Part shown: positions 46,985 through 57,599 of the stretch, one piece after another
Layout of the letters: every line of letters starts with the position of its first letter
Position numbering within the stretch: position 1 is the stretch's first letter
DNA from: Nitrospira sp. CG24B
GTDB lineage: Bacteria > Nitrospirota > Nitrospiria > Nitrospirales > Nitrospiraceae
Direction: 5' to 3'
Assembly (NCBI GenBank): GCA_002869845.2
Contig: NEWS02000003.1
Span: forward strand, 11,607-75,606
Length of the DNA stretch: 64,000 nucleotides
The notes under the pieces: generated by a model
Databases searched by the model: none
Seen by the model: the letters and a program-made list of their open reading frames with translations, nothing else
Told to the model about the DNA's origin: nothing
Made by a program: the position numbers and the translations under genes

Positions 46985-47125
46985 TCACACGCCTCTCACC
47001 TTAGGGAGAACTAAAGTTCTCCACAGCAAGCTGTAGAGTAGAGCAAGTGTGGCACGGTAGCAGATGCCTGACGAAATTGTCCTCACTCGTTCGTAGGGGT
47101 ATGCTTGGAACGCCTTGCCAGACAC
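46985..47125 (-). CDS. Possible 46-aa small protein or gene remnant
   Basis: TAAGGAGG followed after 3 nt by GTG; hydrophobic stretch ATLALLYSLLW. No family recognised. Confidence 0.25.
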   Translation of the reverse strand: MSGKAFQAYPYERVRTISSGICYRATLALLYSLLWRTLVLPKVRGV

Positions 47126-47286
47126 GTTCCTCCTTAGACTTAAGAAACAACCATTCAAATGTTCCCCCTCAGCTCCCGCCTCTAGCAGGCCTGATATATT
47201 CCTGTCAGATCCCAAGATCAGTAGGCTTAACGAAACCCCTAGCCTGAAAGGTTGGGCAATCTGAACAGAATGGCGAAGGAAACAGA

Positions 47287-48777
47287 TCAGTCGCGAGCAG
47301 GAAGCTTTCCTTTGGCGGGAGCATTTCTCCGAACCAGTGAGGTACTCATTGCGAGTATCTCGATTAAGAGATCTCTCCCATATACCCACAATCCGCACAC
47401 ATAGGTCACGGCTCCAGTAACAACGGTGATCACCAACGTAACGGCTGGTTGGCTTACGCCTCCATGAGCCAGTCCAATTTTAAGCGCCATGAGCGCAGCA
47501 CCCATGCATGCGGCTGCACTGATAGCTGGCTTGACCACCCCCCATGCTTCATACCAGGTAATCTGCACTTCCCTGAACACCTGAATGAACAGCCATGACA
47601 GGCTAAACGGATAGACAATCACCCAGGCCATCGCGACTCCAATTGCCCCAGCCTGACGCGCTCCAATCCAAAAGGCCAGTGGCATGATTAATAATTGTGC
47701 AAACGTGTACCGGAAGACCAGATCGGCTCGATACCGGGATAGCAAAATTGGCGCAGGTAACACAGCAAGTGCGGTAAGCAATCCATAGGGCACCAGCAAT
47801 TTGAGTACCCCTGCGGAATCACTCCATTTGTCAGTCAGAATGAGTTGAATAAGATCCTCCGCTACGAAGGCCAGCCCGATATACAGCGGACATGCCACTG
47901 CCGTGAGGATACGGAGACTCTGTGCGAATGAAGAGCGGAGTTGTGCCACATCGTCTTGAAGGTGCGCCATGGCAGGATACGCGATTTCATTCACGATGCT
48001 GAACACTTTCTCGACTGGAAACGTGATTATTTGCAGCGCCATCGTGTAGATCCCGACACTCACAGCTCCTTCAAACTTTCCCAAGATCAACACGTCCAAC
48101 TGTTGATACACGGCCCAACAGATTCTCCCTCCAAAAGACTGCAGACAAAATCGCATGAGCCGATCCCAGCGTTCTGATTCCATAGCAGTGGATGGCCGCC
48201 ATTGCTCGTAGTGAAAAATCAGAAGCGTCTGCGCCAGTGCGCCGACGAGCGAGGACGCAACCAACGCCCATACGCCTGCACCGGAAAATGCACACATCAA
48301 CGCAACAGGAATCGATAACGATGACGACACGATGTTGGTCTTCGCGATGAGATCAAACCGAAATTCTTTGCGCAAGAGTCCCTCGGGAACAACTCTGAGC
48401 GTCGCTATGGGAAGTGCCATGCCGGCGACGCGGAGTACTGACGAAAGCTGCTCGCTGGCGAACCAGTCTCCGATGAACGGAGCGAGCAGGAACAGCACAA
48501 GATAGCCGAGGAGTGATAAGCTGGTCGTGAACCCGAAGAGGATATTCAGCTCTTGCTTTTTGAGATTCTGAAACTGGATGACCGCCGCGCCCGCTCCCAG
48601 TTCGCTCACCATCAACAGGGATGATGTCCAAAAGGCCGAAAGTGCCATCACCCCATAATTGTCCGGCGTCAGCAATCGAGCAACTATTAGGGTACTGAGA
48701 AGCGAGATGCCTTGCACGACCACTTTCGAACAAGCCAACCAAGAGATGGAACTTCGAAGATGGTCGTTGAGATTCAC
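47287..48777 (-). CDS. wzx: Wzx-type polysaccharide flippase (lipopolysaccharide biosynthesis protein)
   Basis: ARLLTPDNYG, LDVLILGK..VGIY, AYPAM..L; about 12 TM. Confidence 0.9.
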   Translation of the reverse strand: MNLNDHLRSSISWLACSKVVVQGISLLSTLIVARLLTPDNYGVMALSAFWTSSLLMVSELGAGAAVIQFQNLKKQELNILFGFTTSLSLLGYLVLFLLAPFIGDWFASEQLSSVLRVAGMALPIATLRVVPEGLLRKEFRFDLIAKTNIVSSSLSIPVALMCAFSGAGVWALVASSLVGALAQTLLIFHYEQWRPSTAMESERWDRLMRFCLQSFGGRICWAVYQQLDVLILGKFEGAVSVGIYTMALQIITFPVEKVFSIVNEIAYPAMAHLQDDVAQLRSSFAQSLRILTAVACPLYIGLAFVAEDLIQLILTDKWSDSAGVLKLLVPYGLLTALAVLPAPILLSRYRADLVFRYTFAQLLIMPLAFWIGARQAGAIGVAMAWVIVYPFSLSWLFIQVFREVQITWYEAWGVVKPAISAAACMGAALMALKIGLAHGGVSQPAVTLVITVVTGAVTYVCGLWVYGRDLLIEILAMSTSLVRRNAPAKGKLPARD

Positions 48778-49243
48778 GTAAGGTCTCGCACGTGTTATCC
48801 AGAGTGACGCGACTCTCTGAAGGAGCCTACCACAATGGTTTCTTACGAGAGGCGTTTGCGCATGTCGTCAGGATCCGCGCAGCGGAGCCGTCCGGTAATC
48901 TCTTCGGGTAAGCAGCCCTCAGTCAGCTAGGTCTGGATAGATTGCCACAGCCGGAGTCCGTAAGTTTCCGCGATCGCAGAGACTGACGGGTTCAGGCAGT
49001 AACCTGCGTCTGTGCGGTACAGGCGCGACAGGGGCCAGTGGGGCTACTGCCTAATTCGCGGCTTCCGGTGCTGGACATCTCTCACCACAGACACCATGGT
49101 CCGCAGTGAATGTCAGCGAGCCACGCCCAGGCTCAGAGTCTCATGCTCTTCGGCGGCCATGTGTCGGTCGCATCTCGTTGCACTTTGAGTGAGAGCGCAA
49201 GCAATCTAGAGGGTAACAAGAAATGATTGAGATCGCCCATTCT

Positions 49244-50635
<1,392 letters not shown>

Positions 50636-50644
50636 AGGGGCCTC

Positions 50645-50673
50645 ATGGTAGGTGCAGCCTATTCTTTTGTCAA
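50645..50673 (-). promoter_or_regulatory. Sigma70 promoter for purA
   Basis: TTGACA-N17-TACCAT. Confidence 0.75.
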
Positions 50674-50745
50674 GATGATCGTTGTGGTGCTTTGTAGTCA
50701 AAATTTTCTACAAAATCATGACACAGTGATGCAGTCACTGGTCGG

Positions 50746-50774
50746 TTGACTGGCTCTAAGCTGCGTGTTAGCAT
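50746..50774 (+). promoter_or_regulatory. Candidate promoter for tRNA-Ala
   Basis: TTGACT-N17-TAGCAT. Confidence 0.6.
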
Positions 50775-50836
50775 GCGACGATTTGTTTCAACGCCTCAAA
50801 TTCCATAGTAATTTCGATCTCTGAATCTCCCAGGGT

Positions 50837-50912
50837 GGGGCTGTAGCGCAGTTGGGAGCGCGCGTGAATGGCATTCACGAGGTCGCCGGTTCAATCCCGG
50901 CCAGCTCCACCA
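50837..50912 (+). tRNA. tRNA-Ala(GGC)
   Basis: GGGGCTG acceptor with G3-U70; CGTGA-AT-GGC-AT-TCACG (A32-U38 typical of this isoacceptor); CCA. Confidence 0.97.
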
Positions 50913-51132
50913 AACCTTGCACGTGCCAGCTGCTCGTTTGAGGTGTATCGTAACCGTTGTGCCGGATAAACACCTCAAGAATTTAGGATTCTAACAATGT
51001 TTCTGTTGTACCTATCACTGATGCTCAGCTTTCTTCAGCTTCCTCGCCTTCCGACCTACTAGCTGTTTCCCCTTGTTCGCATACATCTCGGGTGACCTAG
51101 GTATCCCATTATCACACGGAAGGTCTGTGCCA

Positions 51133-52974
51133 ATGCTCCAAATTGAATCCGTCAGCAAGCAATATTCCACGAAGGTCCTCCTCTCTGAGGTCTCCGCACA
51201 TCTTCGCCCGAATTCACGAGTCGGCTTGGTCGGACCGAACGGCGCCGGCAAGACCACACTCTTTCGTATGATCCTGGCCGAAGAGTCACCCGATGAAGGC
51301 TCGATCCGTAAGCGACCTCGTCTTCGAATCGGCTACCTTCCGCAAGAACTAGAAACCATTACTGGCAAGACCGTCCTCGACGCCACACATCGTGACGAGT
51401 ACCCTGAGCACGAAGCTAAGCGCATCCTGATGGGGTTGGGGTTTACGGAAGTCGATTTTGATCGCCCCGTCGAGAAACTGTCCGGAGGGTATCGGATGCG
51501 AGTCGCGTTAGGACATCTGCTCTTGTCCAATCCCGACGTGCTCATGCTGGACGAACCGACCAACCATTTGGACAAGCCAACTCAACGCTGGTTCGAGCAG
51601 TTTTTGTTGCAGTCGGGTATGACGCTCCTGATCATCAGTCACGACACCGCCTTTCTCGATCGCGTCGTCACCCATATCTGGGAACTACGGCATCACAAAA
51701 TCGAAGAATACCGAGGCAACTATTCGCTCTTCTGCAAACTGAAAGCCGAAAAGGATGCTCAACTCCACGCCTCGGCGGCTCGCCAATCCAAAGAGGTCGC
51801 TCGGGTTCAAAAGTTTGTCGATCGCTTTCGATACCAAGCCAACAAAGCCAGTCAGGTGCAGTCGCGCCTCAAGCAGCTCGATAAGGTGAAGCGGATTGAA
51901 ATCCAGCGAGATCCGAAACGCGTCAAGTTCCGGTTTCCGCTTCCGTCGACCAGCGGTCGTCAGGTGTTAGAGCTGGCTGGCGCCAGTAAGCGCTACGGCG
52001 AAAAAGTCGTTTACAAGACGCTCGATTTTTCCATAGAGCGTGGCCAACGTATCGCACTGGTTGGTGAGAACGGAGCCGGAAAGAGTACGCTCTTGAAGAT
52101 GCTCGCTGGCGTCCTTCCTTCCGATACCGGCACCAGAACCGTGGGCCATGGCGTGACGTTGCACTACTTCGCTCAGCATCAGGCCGAAACCTTGAACCCC
52201 GAACATTCGATTCTCGAATCGCTGGAAGAAGTCACCAACCATGCAGAAAGGAATTTCCTGCGCGGCATCGCCGGCGCCTTCTTGTTTTCCGGCGACGATC
52301 AGAAAAAACTGATCAAGGCGTTAAGCGGTGGCGAGCGAAACCGGGTGGCGTTAGCCCGCATGTTGGTCGAACCCGCCAATACCTTGCTGCTTGATGAGCC
52401 GACGAACCATTTGGACCCAGCCTCTGTGGATATGCTCACAGATGCCTTAGCTGAATTTCCCGGGACCATCATCTTCATTTCCCACGATCCGACGTTTCTG
52501 GCACGCATCGCCACCCGGGTCGTTGAGATTGAAGAGGGGCAGGCGCGGAACTTCATCGGTGACTACGAGTATTATTTGTGGAAGAAGACCCAAGAGTTTG
52601 AGTCGATTAAAGAAACGAGTGACGAGCTCGAACGCGCATTGCCCCGCTCCTCTTCAGGCCCTACTCGGGCAATGGAACAGCAAGTACTGCCAAAAGGACG
52701 CGGTGGAGAGCGCCGTGATCTCACCAAGACACAGGCGCGTTTAGAGAAACAGGTATCACGCGCCGAAACCGAGATTAGTGAGGCCGAAGAGAAGATCAGC
52801 ACCCGCGAGGCAGAATTGGCTGACCCGAAGCTCTACGAACAGTTCAATAGGTGGAACCTTCTGCAGCACGAGCAGAAGGATTGGAAGCGTGATCTTGAGC
52901 GACTGACTGCCCGGTGGGAATCACTGTCGGCTGAATTAGAAAACGTCAAACAACAGCTAGTCTCGCTGGGCTAG
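51133..52974 (+). CDS. ABC-F family ATPase
   Basis: Two ABC domains (GPNGAGKT / LSGG / LDEPTNHLD, twice), no TM, C-terminal coiled coil. Confidence 0.96.
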   Translation: MLQIESVSKQYSTKVLLSEVSAHLRPNSRVGLVGPNGAGKTTLFRMILAEESPDEGSIRKRPRLRIGYLPQELETITGKTVLDATHRDEYPEHEAKRILMGLGFTEVDFDRPVEKLSGGYRMRVALGHLLLSNPDVLMLDEPTNHLDKPTQRWFEQFLLQSGMTLLIISHDTAFLDRVVTHIWELRHHKIEEYRGNYSLFCKLKAEKDAQLHASAARQSKEVARVQKFVDRFRYQANKASQVQSRLKQLDKVKRIEIQRDPKRVKFRFPLPSTSGRQVLELAGASKRYGEKVVYKTLDFSIERGQRIALVGENGAGKSTLLKMLAGVLPSDTGTRTVGHGVTLHYFAQHQAETLNPEHSILESLEEVTNHAERNFLRGIAGAFLFSGDDQKKLIKALSGGERNRVALARMLVEPANTLLLDEPTNHLDPASVDMLTDALAEFPGTIIFISHDPTFLARIATRVVEIEEGQARNFIGDYEYYLWKKTQEFESIKETSDELERALPRSSSGPTRAMEQQVLPKGRGGERRDLTKTQARLEKQVSRAETEISEAEEKISTREAELADPKLYEQFNRWNLLQHEQKDWKRDLERLTARWESLSAELENVKQQLVSLG

Positions 52975-53022
52975 TTCTGTAATCCATTGTAGAGTTCGTA
53001 TGTGCAGCACTCAGAGAGCGTT

Positions 53023-53415
53023 TTAGACAGAGGCTTTGAGGGTTTCTTCTAGATAGTAGTACAACCAGCGGTTCTTCTCTTTCGTCACCAATTCATCCCA
53101 GACGACGCCGATCAAGAATCCTTTCTTCTCCCAGGGCCTGACCCAGGCAACCGTCCCATCGAGTTTTTCCTGTTGCTCAACTCGATCGGAATCGAGGAAG
53201 GCAAGCGAGACCGTGACCTTCTCGCTAGATGGAAAGCGATCTTTGGTGTGAAGTCCGGCCCCGAGCTTGTTTACATTATCCAGGACTGCGGTACAGGCGC
53301 GCCCACCGCTCTTCGGCGACATCAAGGCGGAGCCGACCAGAGTGGCCCGAACAAATTTCCTCCGCTCACTCAGTGCCACCACGCTAGCCGATGGTTTTCC
53401 TTCCCCTCGCTTCAT
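53023..53415 (-). CDS. PilZ-domain protein
   Basis: RKFVR (RxxxR), DNVNKLG (variant of D/NxSxxG), GTVAWVR..IGVVW. Confidence 0.8.
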   Translation of the reverse strand: MKRGEGKPSASVVALSERRKFVRATLVGSALMSPKSGGRACTAVLDNVNKLGAGLHTKDRFPSSEKVTVSLAFLDSDRVEQQEKLDGTVAWVRPWEKKGFLIGVVWDELVTKEKNRWLYYYLEETLKASV

Positions 53416-53465
53416 TACTCTAAGTATAACCGATTAGACAAGAATGTAAACCGGGACAATCGGCC

Positions 53466-54761
53466 CTATTCCAGAGGCTTTGGGCGGTAGTACAGTCGAC
53501 CTTTGAGTGGTAGTGGGAGGTGGGTTTGTTCCGTTCGTGCTGACGGATCGTCGTGGACATAGCGGTAGTTGGTTCCATAGCCTAGATCCCTCATCAGTGA
53601 GGTGACGGCGTTCCGGAGATGGACCGGGACCCCCAAATTGCCATAGGCTTTGGCGTCTTTTAGCGCTTCCAAAAGACCGACGTAGGACGCATTGTCTTTG
53701 GGCCGCGAAGCCAAGTAGGTGGTCCCTTGTGCCAGGTTGATCTGCGCCTCGGGAAGTCCTACGAACTGGACAGCTTGTGCCACCGATGTGGCAATGAGAA
53801 GGGCGAGGGGATCAGCATTGCCGATATCCTCCGAGGCAAAGATCACCATACGTCGAGCGATGAATTTCGGATCTTCGCCGGCATCCAGCATCCTGGCTAG
53901 CCAGTACAGCGCTCCATTTGGATCGGAATCTCGCAGGCTTTTAATGTAGGCTGAAATGACGTTGTAGTGTTCTTCGCCTGACTTATCGTAGCGCAGGGCC
54001 TTCTTGCCCAGTGCCGCTTCCAATATCGCTTCATCAATCACGCGCGCGCCATCGGGTCCTGCCGGCGCTTGCGTCACCACAAATTCCAACGATGTGAGCA
54101 GCGCCCTCGCATCGCCATTGCCAAACGAAATCATTCGTTGGCGTGCCTCCGGTACGAAGCGCGCTTCCCATTTCCCCAGCCCGAGTTCAACATCGGCAAG
54201 CGCGCGATCAAGAATCTGACCTAACGCGTCCTCGGTAAGCGGTTTGAGCACGACGACCAGCGAACGGGACAAGAGTGGGCTGATAACTTCGAAGGAAGGA
54301 TTCTCCGTGGTCGCGCCGACAAGAATGATGGTGCCTCGCTCGACATGGGGAAGAAACGCGTCTTGCTGTGCCTTGTTGAAGCGGTGGATTTCATCAACGA
54401 ATAAGATGGTCCGCTGCCCATTGATCGCTCGGCGTTGGTCAGCTGCCTTAATGATCGTGCGTAGCTCAGGCACGCCGCTGGTCACAGCCGAAAACGGAAT
54501 AAACTGCGCCTTCGTATGCCGGGCAATCAGATGGGCCAGCGTTGTCTTTCCCGAACCGGGCGGCCCCCAGAAGATTACGGACGAGAGCTGGTCTGCCTCG
54601 ATGGCCCGCCGAAGCGCCCGATCCGGTGCCGTGATGTCGTCTTGTCCCACAAAATCCGCAAACATACGTGGCCGCATCCGCTCGGCGAGCGGAGCCTCGA
54701 CCGTGTCATCGCGATCTGGAGGCGTGAACAAATCAGGAGCCGGATCACGAGAACGAGTCAT
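53466..54761 (-). CDS. rarA: Replication-associated recombination protein A (MgsA)
   Basis: LAERMRP, GPPGSGKTT, FVDEIHRFNKAQQD, SAYIKS, SEDIGNADP. Confidence 0.97.
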   Translation of the reverse strand: MTRSRDPAPDLFTPPDRDDTVEAPLAERMRPRMFADFVGQDDITAPDRALRRAIEADQLSSVIFWGPPGSGKTTLAHLIARHTKAQFIPFSAVTSGVPELRTIIKAADQRRAINGQRTILFVDEIHRFNKAQQDAFLPHVERGTIILVGATTENPSFEVISPLLSRSLVVVLKPLTEDALGQILDRALADVELGLGKWEARFVPEARQRMISFGNGDARALLTSLEFVVTQAPAGPDGARVIDEAILEAALGKKALRYDKSGEEHYNVISAYIKSLRDSDPNGALYWLARMLDAGEDPKFIARRMVIFASEDIGNADPLALLIATSVAQAVQFVGLPEAQINLAQGTTYLASRPKDNASYVGLLEALKDAKAYGNLGVPVHLRNAVTSLMRDLGYGTNYRYVHDDPSARTEQTHLPLPLKGRLYYRPKPLE

Positions 54762-54874
54762 GTTCCTCCTCCGCAAAGAGCAGGAATTGTATACGCCGTG
54801 CCAGATGATCGCAAATGGCCTCTTGACCCTGCAGGCAGCCAATGGTAGGAACCTCGCAACGTACGGAGCAAATA

Positions 54875-55669
54875 GTGCAAACCCAGGTCAACGGTATTAC
54901 CTTTGCGTATAACGATCGGGGCTCTGGCCTTCCCATCATCTTTCTCCACGCCTTTCCGCTTAACCGCACCATGTGGGCAGAGCAGGAGAACCAATTTTCG
55001 TCACAGTTTCAAGTCGTGACAATTGACTTGCGTGGGCATGGAGAATCCGACGCGCCGCTCTGGCGATATACGCTGGACCAAGCCGCCGATGATGTGATCG
55101 GGTTGCTTGATCACCTCTCGATCCGGCAGGCGGTTTTCGTTGGACTGTCCATGGGCGGCTACATCCTATTTGCTCTCTATCGAAAGTATGCGGATCGCGT
55201 AAAAGGCTTGGTACTGGCTGACACAAGAGCGCAGGTTGATACGGCAGAAGGGAAAGAAGCGCGGTTTCAGATGGCGCAGACGGCCTATCAGAAAGGACCA
55301 TCGGCCATTGCCGACATCATGATCCCGAAATTACTGAGCCCCGCGACAGTCCAGACGAATCCGGGACTCGTCCGACACGTACGTACAATGATCGAGGGTA
55401 ATCAGATCAGTGGCATCGCAGGAGACTTGATGGCAATGGCTGAACGGCCTGATTCCATCACACTCTTGAAACACATCACGTGTCCCACCCAGATCATCGT
55501 CGGTGAACTGGACCTTCCCACCCCACCTTCCGACGCCAAACTCATGGCAGATCGGATTCCCAATGCCCGCTTGGCCATCATTCCAGCCGCCGCCCATCTT
55601 TCAAACCTAGAAAAGCCGGACGCCTTCAACAATACCGTACGCGAGTTTATTGGGAATGAGGCGAGATAA
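54875..55669 (+). CDS. Alpha/beta-fold hydrolase
   Basis: HAFP, DLRGHGES, GLSMGG, AAHLSN; GTG 54875 taken as start. Confidence 0.92.
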   Translation: MQTQVNGITFAYNDRGSGLPIIFLHAFPLNRTMWAEQENQFSSQFQVVTIDLRGHGESDAPLWRYTLDQAADDVIGLLDHLSIRQAVFVGLSMGGYILFALYRKYADRVKGLVLADTRAQVDTAEGKEARFQMAQTAYQKGPSAIADIMIPKLLSPATVQTNPGLVRHVRTMIEGNQISGIAGDLMAMAERPDSITLLKHITCPTQIIVGELDLPTPPSDAKLMADRIPNARLAIIPAAAHLSNLEKPDAFNNTVREFIGNEAR

Positions 55670-55704
55670 CTGCGCTCAACGATGAGGGGGCATGTATCTT
55701 GAGA

Positions 55705-56352
55705 TCAGTCCGGATCACCGACGCTGCCGCGGCGAATCAATTTCAGAAATTCGACGCGAGTCTGTGCTTGACTGCGGAATACTCCTAACATGGAGCTGGT
55801 GACGGCAAGCGTGTTTTGTTTTTCCACCCCGCGCATCATCATGCAGAGGTGCCGTGCTTCGACAACGACTCCGACTCCATGAGCGTTTAACTTGGTGCTG
55901 ATGGTTTCTGCGATCTGCACGGTCAGCCGTTCTTGAACTTGCAGACGCCTCGCGAAGGTATCCACAATCCGCGGAATCTTGCTCAAACCGACGACTTTCT
56001 TATTGGGCAGGTACCCGACATGGACCCTCCCAAAAAATGGCAGTAAGTGATGCTCGCACATACTGAAGAAGTCGATGTCCTTGACGATGACCATCTCGTC
56101 GTATTCGATCGGAAAGAGCGCACCGTTCAACAGATGGTCGATGTCATGCTGATAGCCCTGCGTCATAAACGCCAGTGCTTTGGCCACGCGCTCGGGCGTT
56201 TTCAGCAAACCGTTGCGACCCGGTCTTTCCCCCAGGGCAAGAAGCATTTCAGTGACCAGCGATTGAAGAACTGGCAGATCAGCGGGCTTTCCACTCCCAC
56301 TTGCGTCTTCCAATGGTATCCGTCGTTTTTCTCTCTTCTGCTGCTTGCTCAC
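55705..56352 (-). CDS. folE: GTP cyclohydrolase I
   Basis: [39 protein letters not shown]. Confidence 0.98.
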   Translation of the reverse strand: MSKQQKREKRRIPLEDASGSGKPADLPVLQSLVTEMLLALGERPGRNGLLKTPERVAKALAFMTQGYQHDIDHLLNGALFPIEYDEMVIVKDIDFFSMCEHHLLPFFGRVHVGYLPNKKVVGLSKIPRIVDTFARRLQVQERLTVQIAETISTKLNAHGVGVVVEARHLCMMMRGVEKQNTLAVTSSMLGVFRSQAQTRVEFLKLIRRGSVGDPD

Positions 56353-56368
56353 GGAGTCCCCCTATCGT

Positions 56369-56773
56369 TCACTGGGCGCCTGCATATTCGAAATAGTTGT
56401 CTCTCGTCTCGATGACCCCGACCTTTTGTAGACTGCCGGCGGGCAGATCTGGCTCCAAGATGTCCCAGATCACTTTGACGAGGTTCTCCCCCGTCGTCGT
56501 CAAGGCCGTGAATGCCGGATCGCCATTCAGGTCACGGTGATCAAAGCGCTCGACGATGCTCTCGTTGACCACCTGGTCGAGGCGGTCAAGATCGGACGCT
56601 TCCAGTAGCACCCCGCTCTTGACCGTAACCAGCGCAACATAGTTATGCCCGTGACCGTTTGGATTGTTACATTTTCCGAACACAGCCCAATTCTCTTCAG
56701 CAGAAAGGAGATCCGTGTTCAGCCGGTGGGCGGCGCAAAATCGATAGCGCCTCGTCACGTGTACCTGCGACAT
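56369..56773 (-). CDS. queD: 6-carboxytetrahydropterin synthase (PTPS family)
   Basis: FCAAHRL, CNNPNGHGHNY, FDHRDLN, TTGEN, ETRDNYFEY; ATG 56773. Confidence 0.9.
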   Translation of the reverse strand: MSQVHVTRRYRFCAAHRLNTDLLSAEENWAVFGKCNNPNGHGHNYVALVTVKSGVLLEASDLDRLDQVVNESIVERFDHRDLNGDPAFTALTTTGENLVKVIWDILEPDLPAGSLQKVGVIETRDNYFEYAGAQ

Positions 56774-56858
56774 TTGATCGCGTATCTCTTGGGAAGGTAT
56801 AAATAGCAAGGACCGCTCGGGGTACGAGCGGTCCTTGCCTACAGATCCATGATGACTC

Positions 56859-57179
56859 TTATGCGCTAAACGAGCTACCGCAGCCGCACGTCGTTTTGGC
56901 CTGAGGATTCTTGATCGAAAAGCCAGAACCCTGCACGCTGTCCACGTAGTCCACTTCCGCACCTTGAAGCAACGGCGCACTCTGAGAATCCATGATGACT
57001 TTCACATCACCCATCTCGATGACGGTATCATCCTCGGCCATTTTAGACTCGAAGGCCATGCCGTACTGGTAGCCATTGCACCCCCCACCACGGACATACA
57101 CCCGTAGTCCAATTACGTCCTTCTCCTCAGCCATCAGCTCCCGTATCTTCTGTTCCGCAACCTGTGTAATCGTAACCAT
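56859..57179 (-). CDS. erpA: A-type Fe-S carrier protein (IscA/ErpA/HesB)
   Basis: GGGCNG and C-terminal CGCGSSF; strong GAGGAGG RBS. Confidence 0.93.
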   Translation of the reverse strand: MVTITQVAEQKIRELMAEEKDVIGLRVYVRGGGCNGYQYGMAFESKMAEDDTVIEMGDVKVIMDSQSAPLLQGAEVDYVDSVQGSGFSIKNPQAKTTCGCGSSFSA

Positions 57180-57255
57180 CGGCTTCCTCCTCTATAGATC
57201 GTTCTAGCTCACCACCGCGAGCTAGTGTGATAGTCTAACACCTCTTGCTCGAATA

Positions 57256-57591
57256 TCAACCCCATGCTTCGGACGTGGCTGTTCTTGGATTCTCCCATTT
57301 GGCTTCCGGCACGCGCACCACAACATCCCCCAGGACACGTGCTTGGCACGCCAGACGATGCCAAGGCTGCGTCAACGCTTCCCGATCCAGTAGGTCTTGC
57401 TCATCGAAATCGATCTCCGAGAGATGCTCCTGCCCCATCTGGACTTCCACTCGGCAGGTTGTGCAGGAAGCATTTCCTCCACAGTCGTAGCTCAATCGAA
57501 ATCCCACTTCTTTCGCAGCCTGGAGAAGCGAAATATTCTCTTCCACGTCCCCACTTCGCCCATCGGAATGAAGAAACGTCACCCGCGGCAT
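57256..57591 (-). CDS. [2Fe-2S] ferredoxin (adrenodoxin/ISC-type)
   Basis: CGGNASCTTC..RLACQ; ATG 57591 after GGAGGG, 8 nt downstream of the nuoF stop. Confidence 0.92.
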   Translation of the reverse strand: MPRVTFLHSDGRSGDVEENISLLQAAKEVGFRLSYDCGGNASCTTCRVEVQMGQEHLSEIDFDEQDLLDREALTQPWHRLACQARVLGDVVVRVPEAKWENPRTATSEAWG

Positions 57592-57599
57592 GATCCCTC

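Noticed and set aside
45050-47125. Lasso-peptide cluster (Asn-synthase-like cyclase + small ORF)
   Set aside because: No B2 protease or RRE gene; the 46-aa ORF lacks the Thr(-2) plus Asp/Glu ring pattern; the wzx context favours glycan modification.
48843-49097. 85-codon frame with two TAG stops as a recoded gene or PqqD pseudogene
   Set aside because: Two stops in 85 codons is about what random sequence gives; the resemblance to PqqD is too weak.
42624-49243. Accessory patch as a tRNA-Val-integrated element or prophage
   Set aside because: It lies on the 5' side of the tRNA; no att repeat, integrase or phage genes were seen.
56843-57000. 13-bp direct repeat ATCCATGATGACT inside and just after erpA
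   Set aside because: Single short match with no element between the copies; likely chance.
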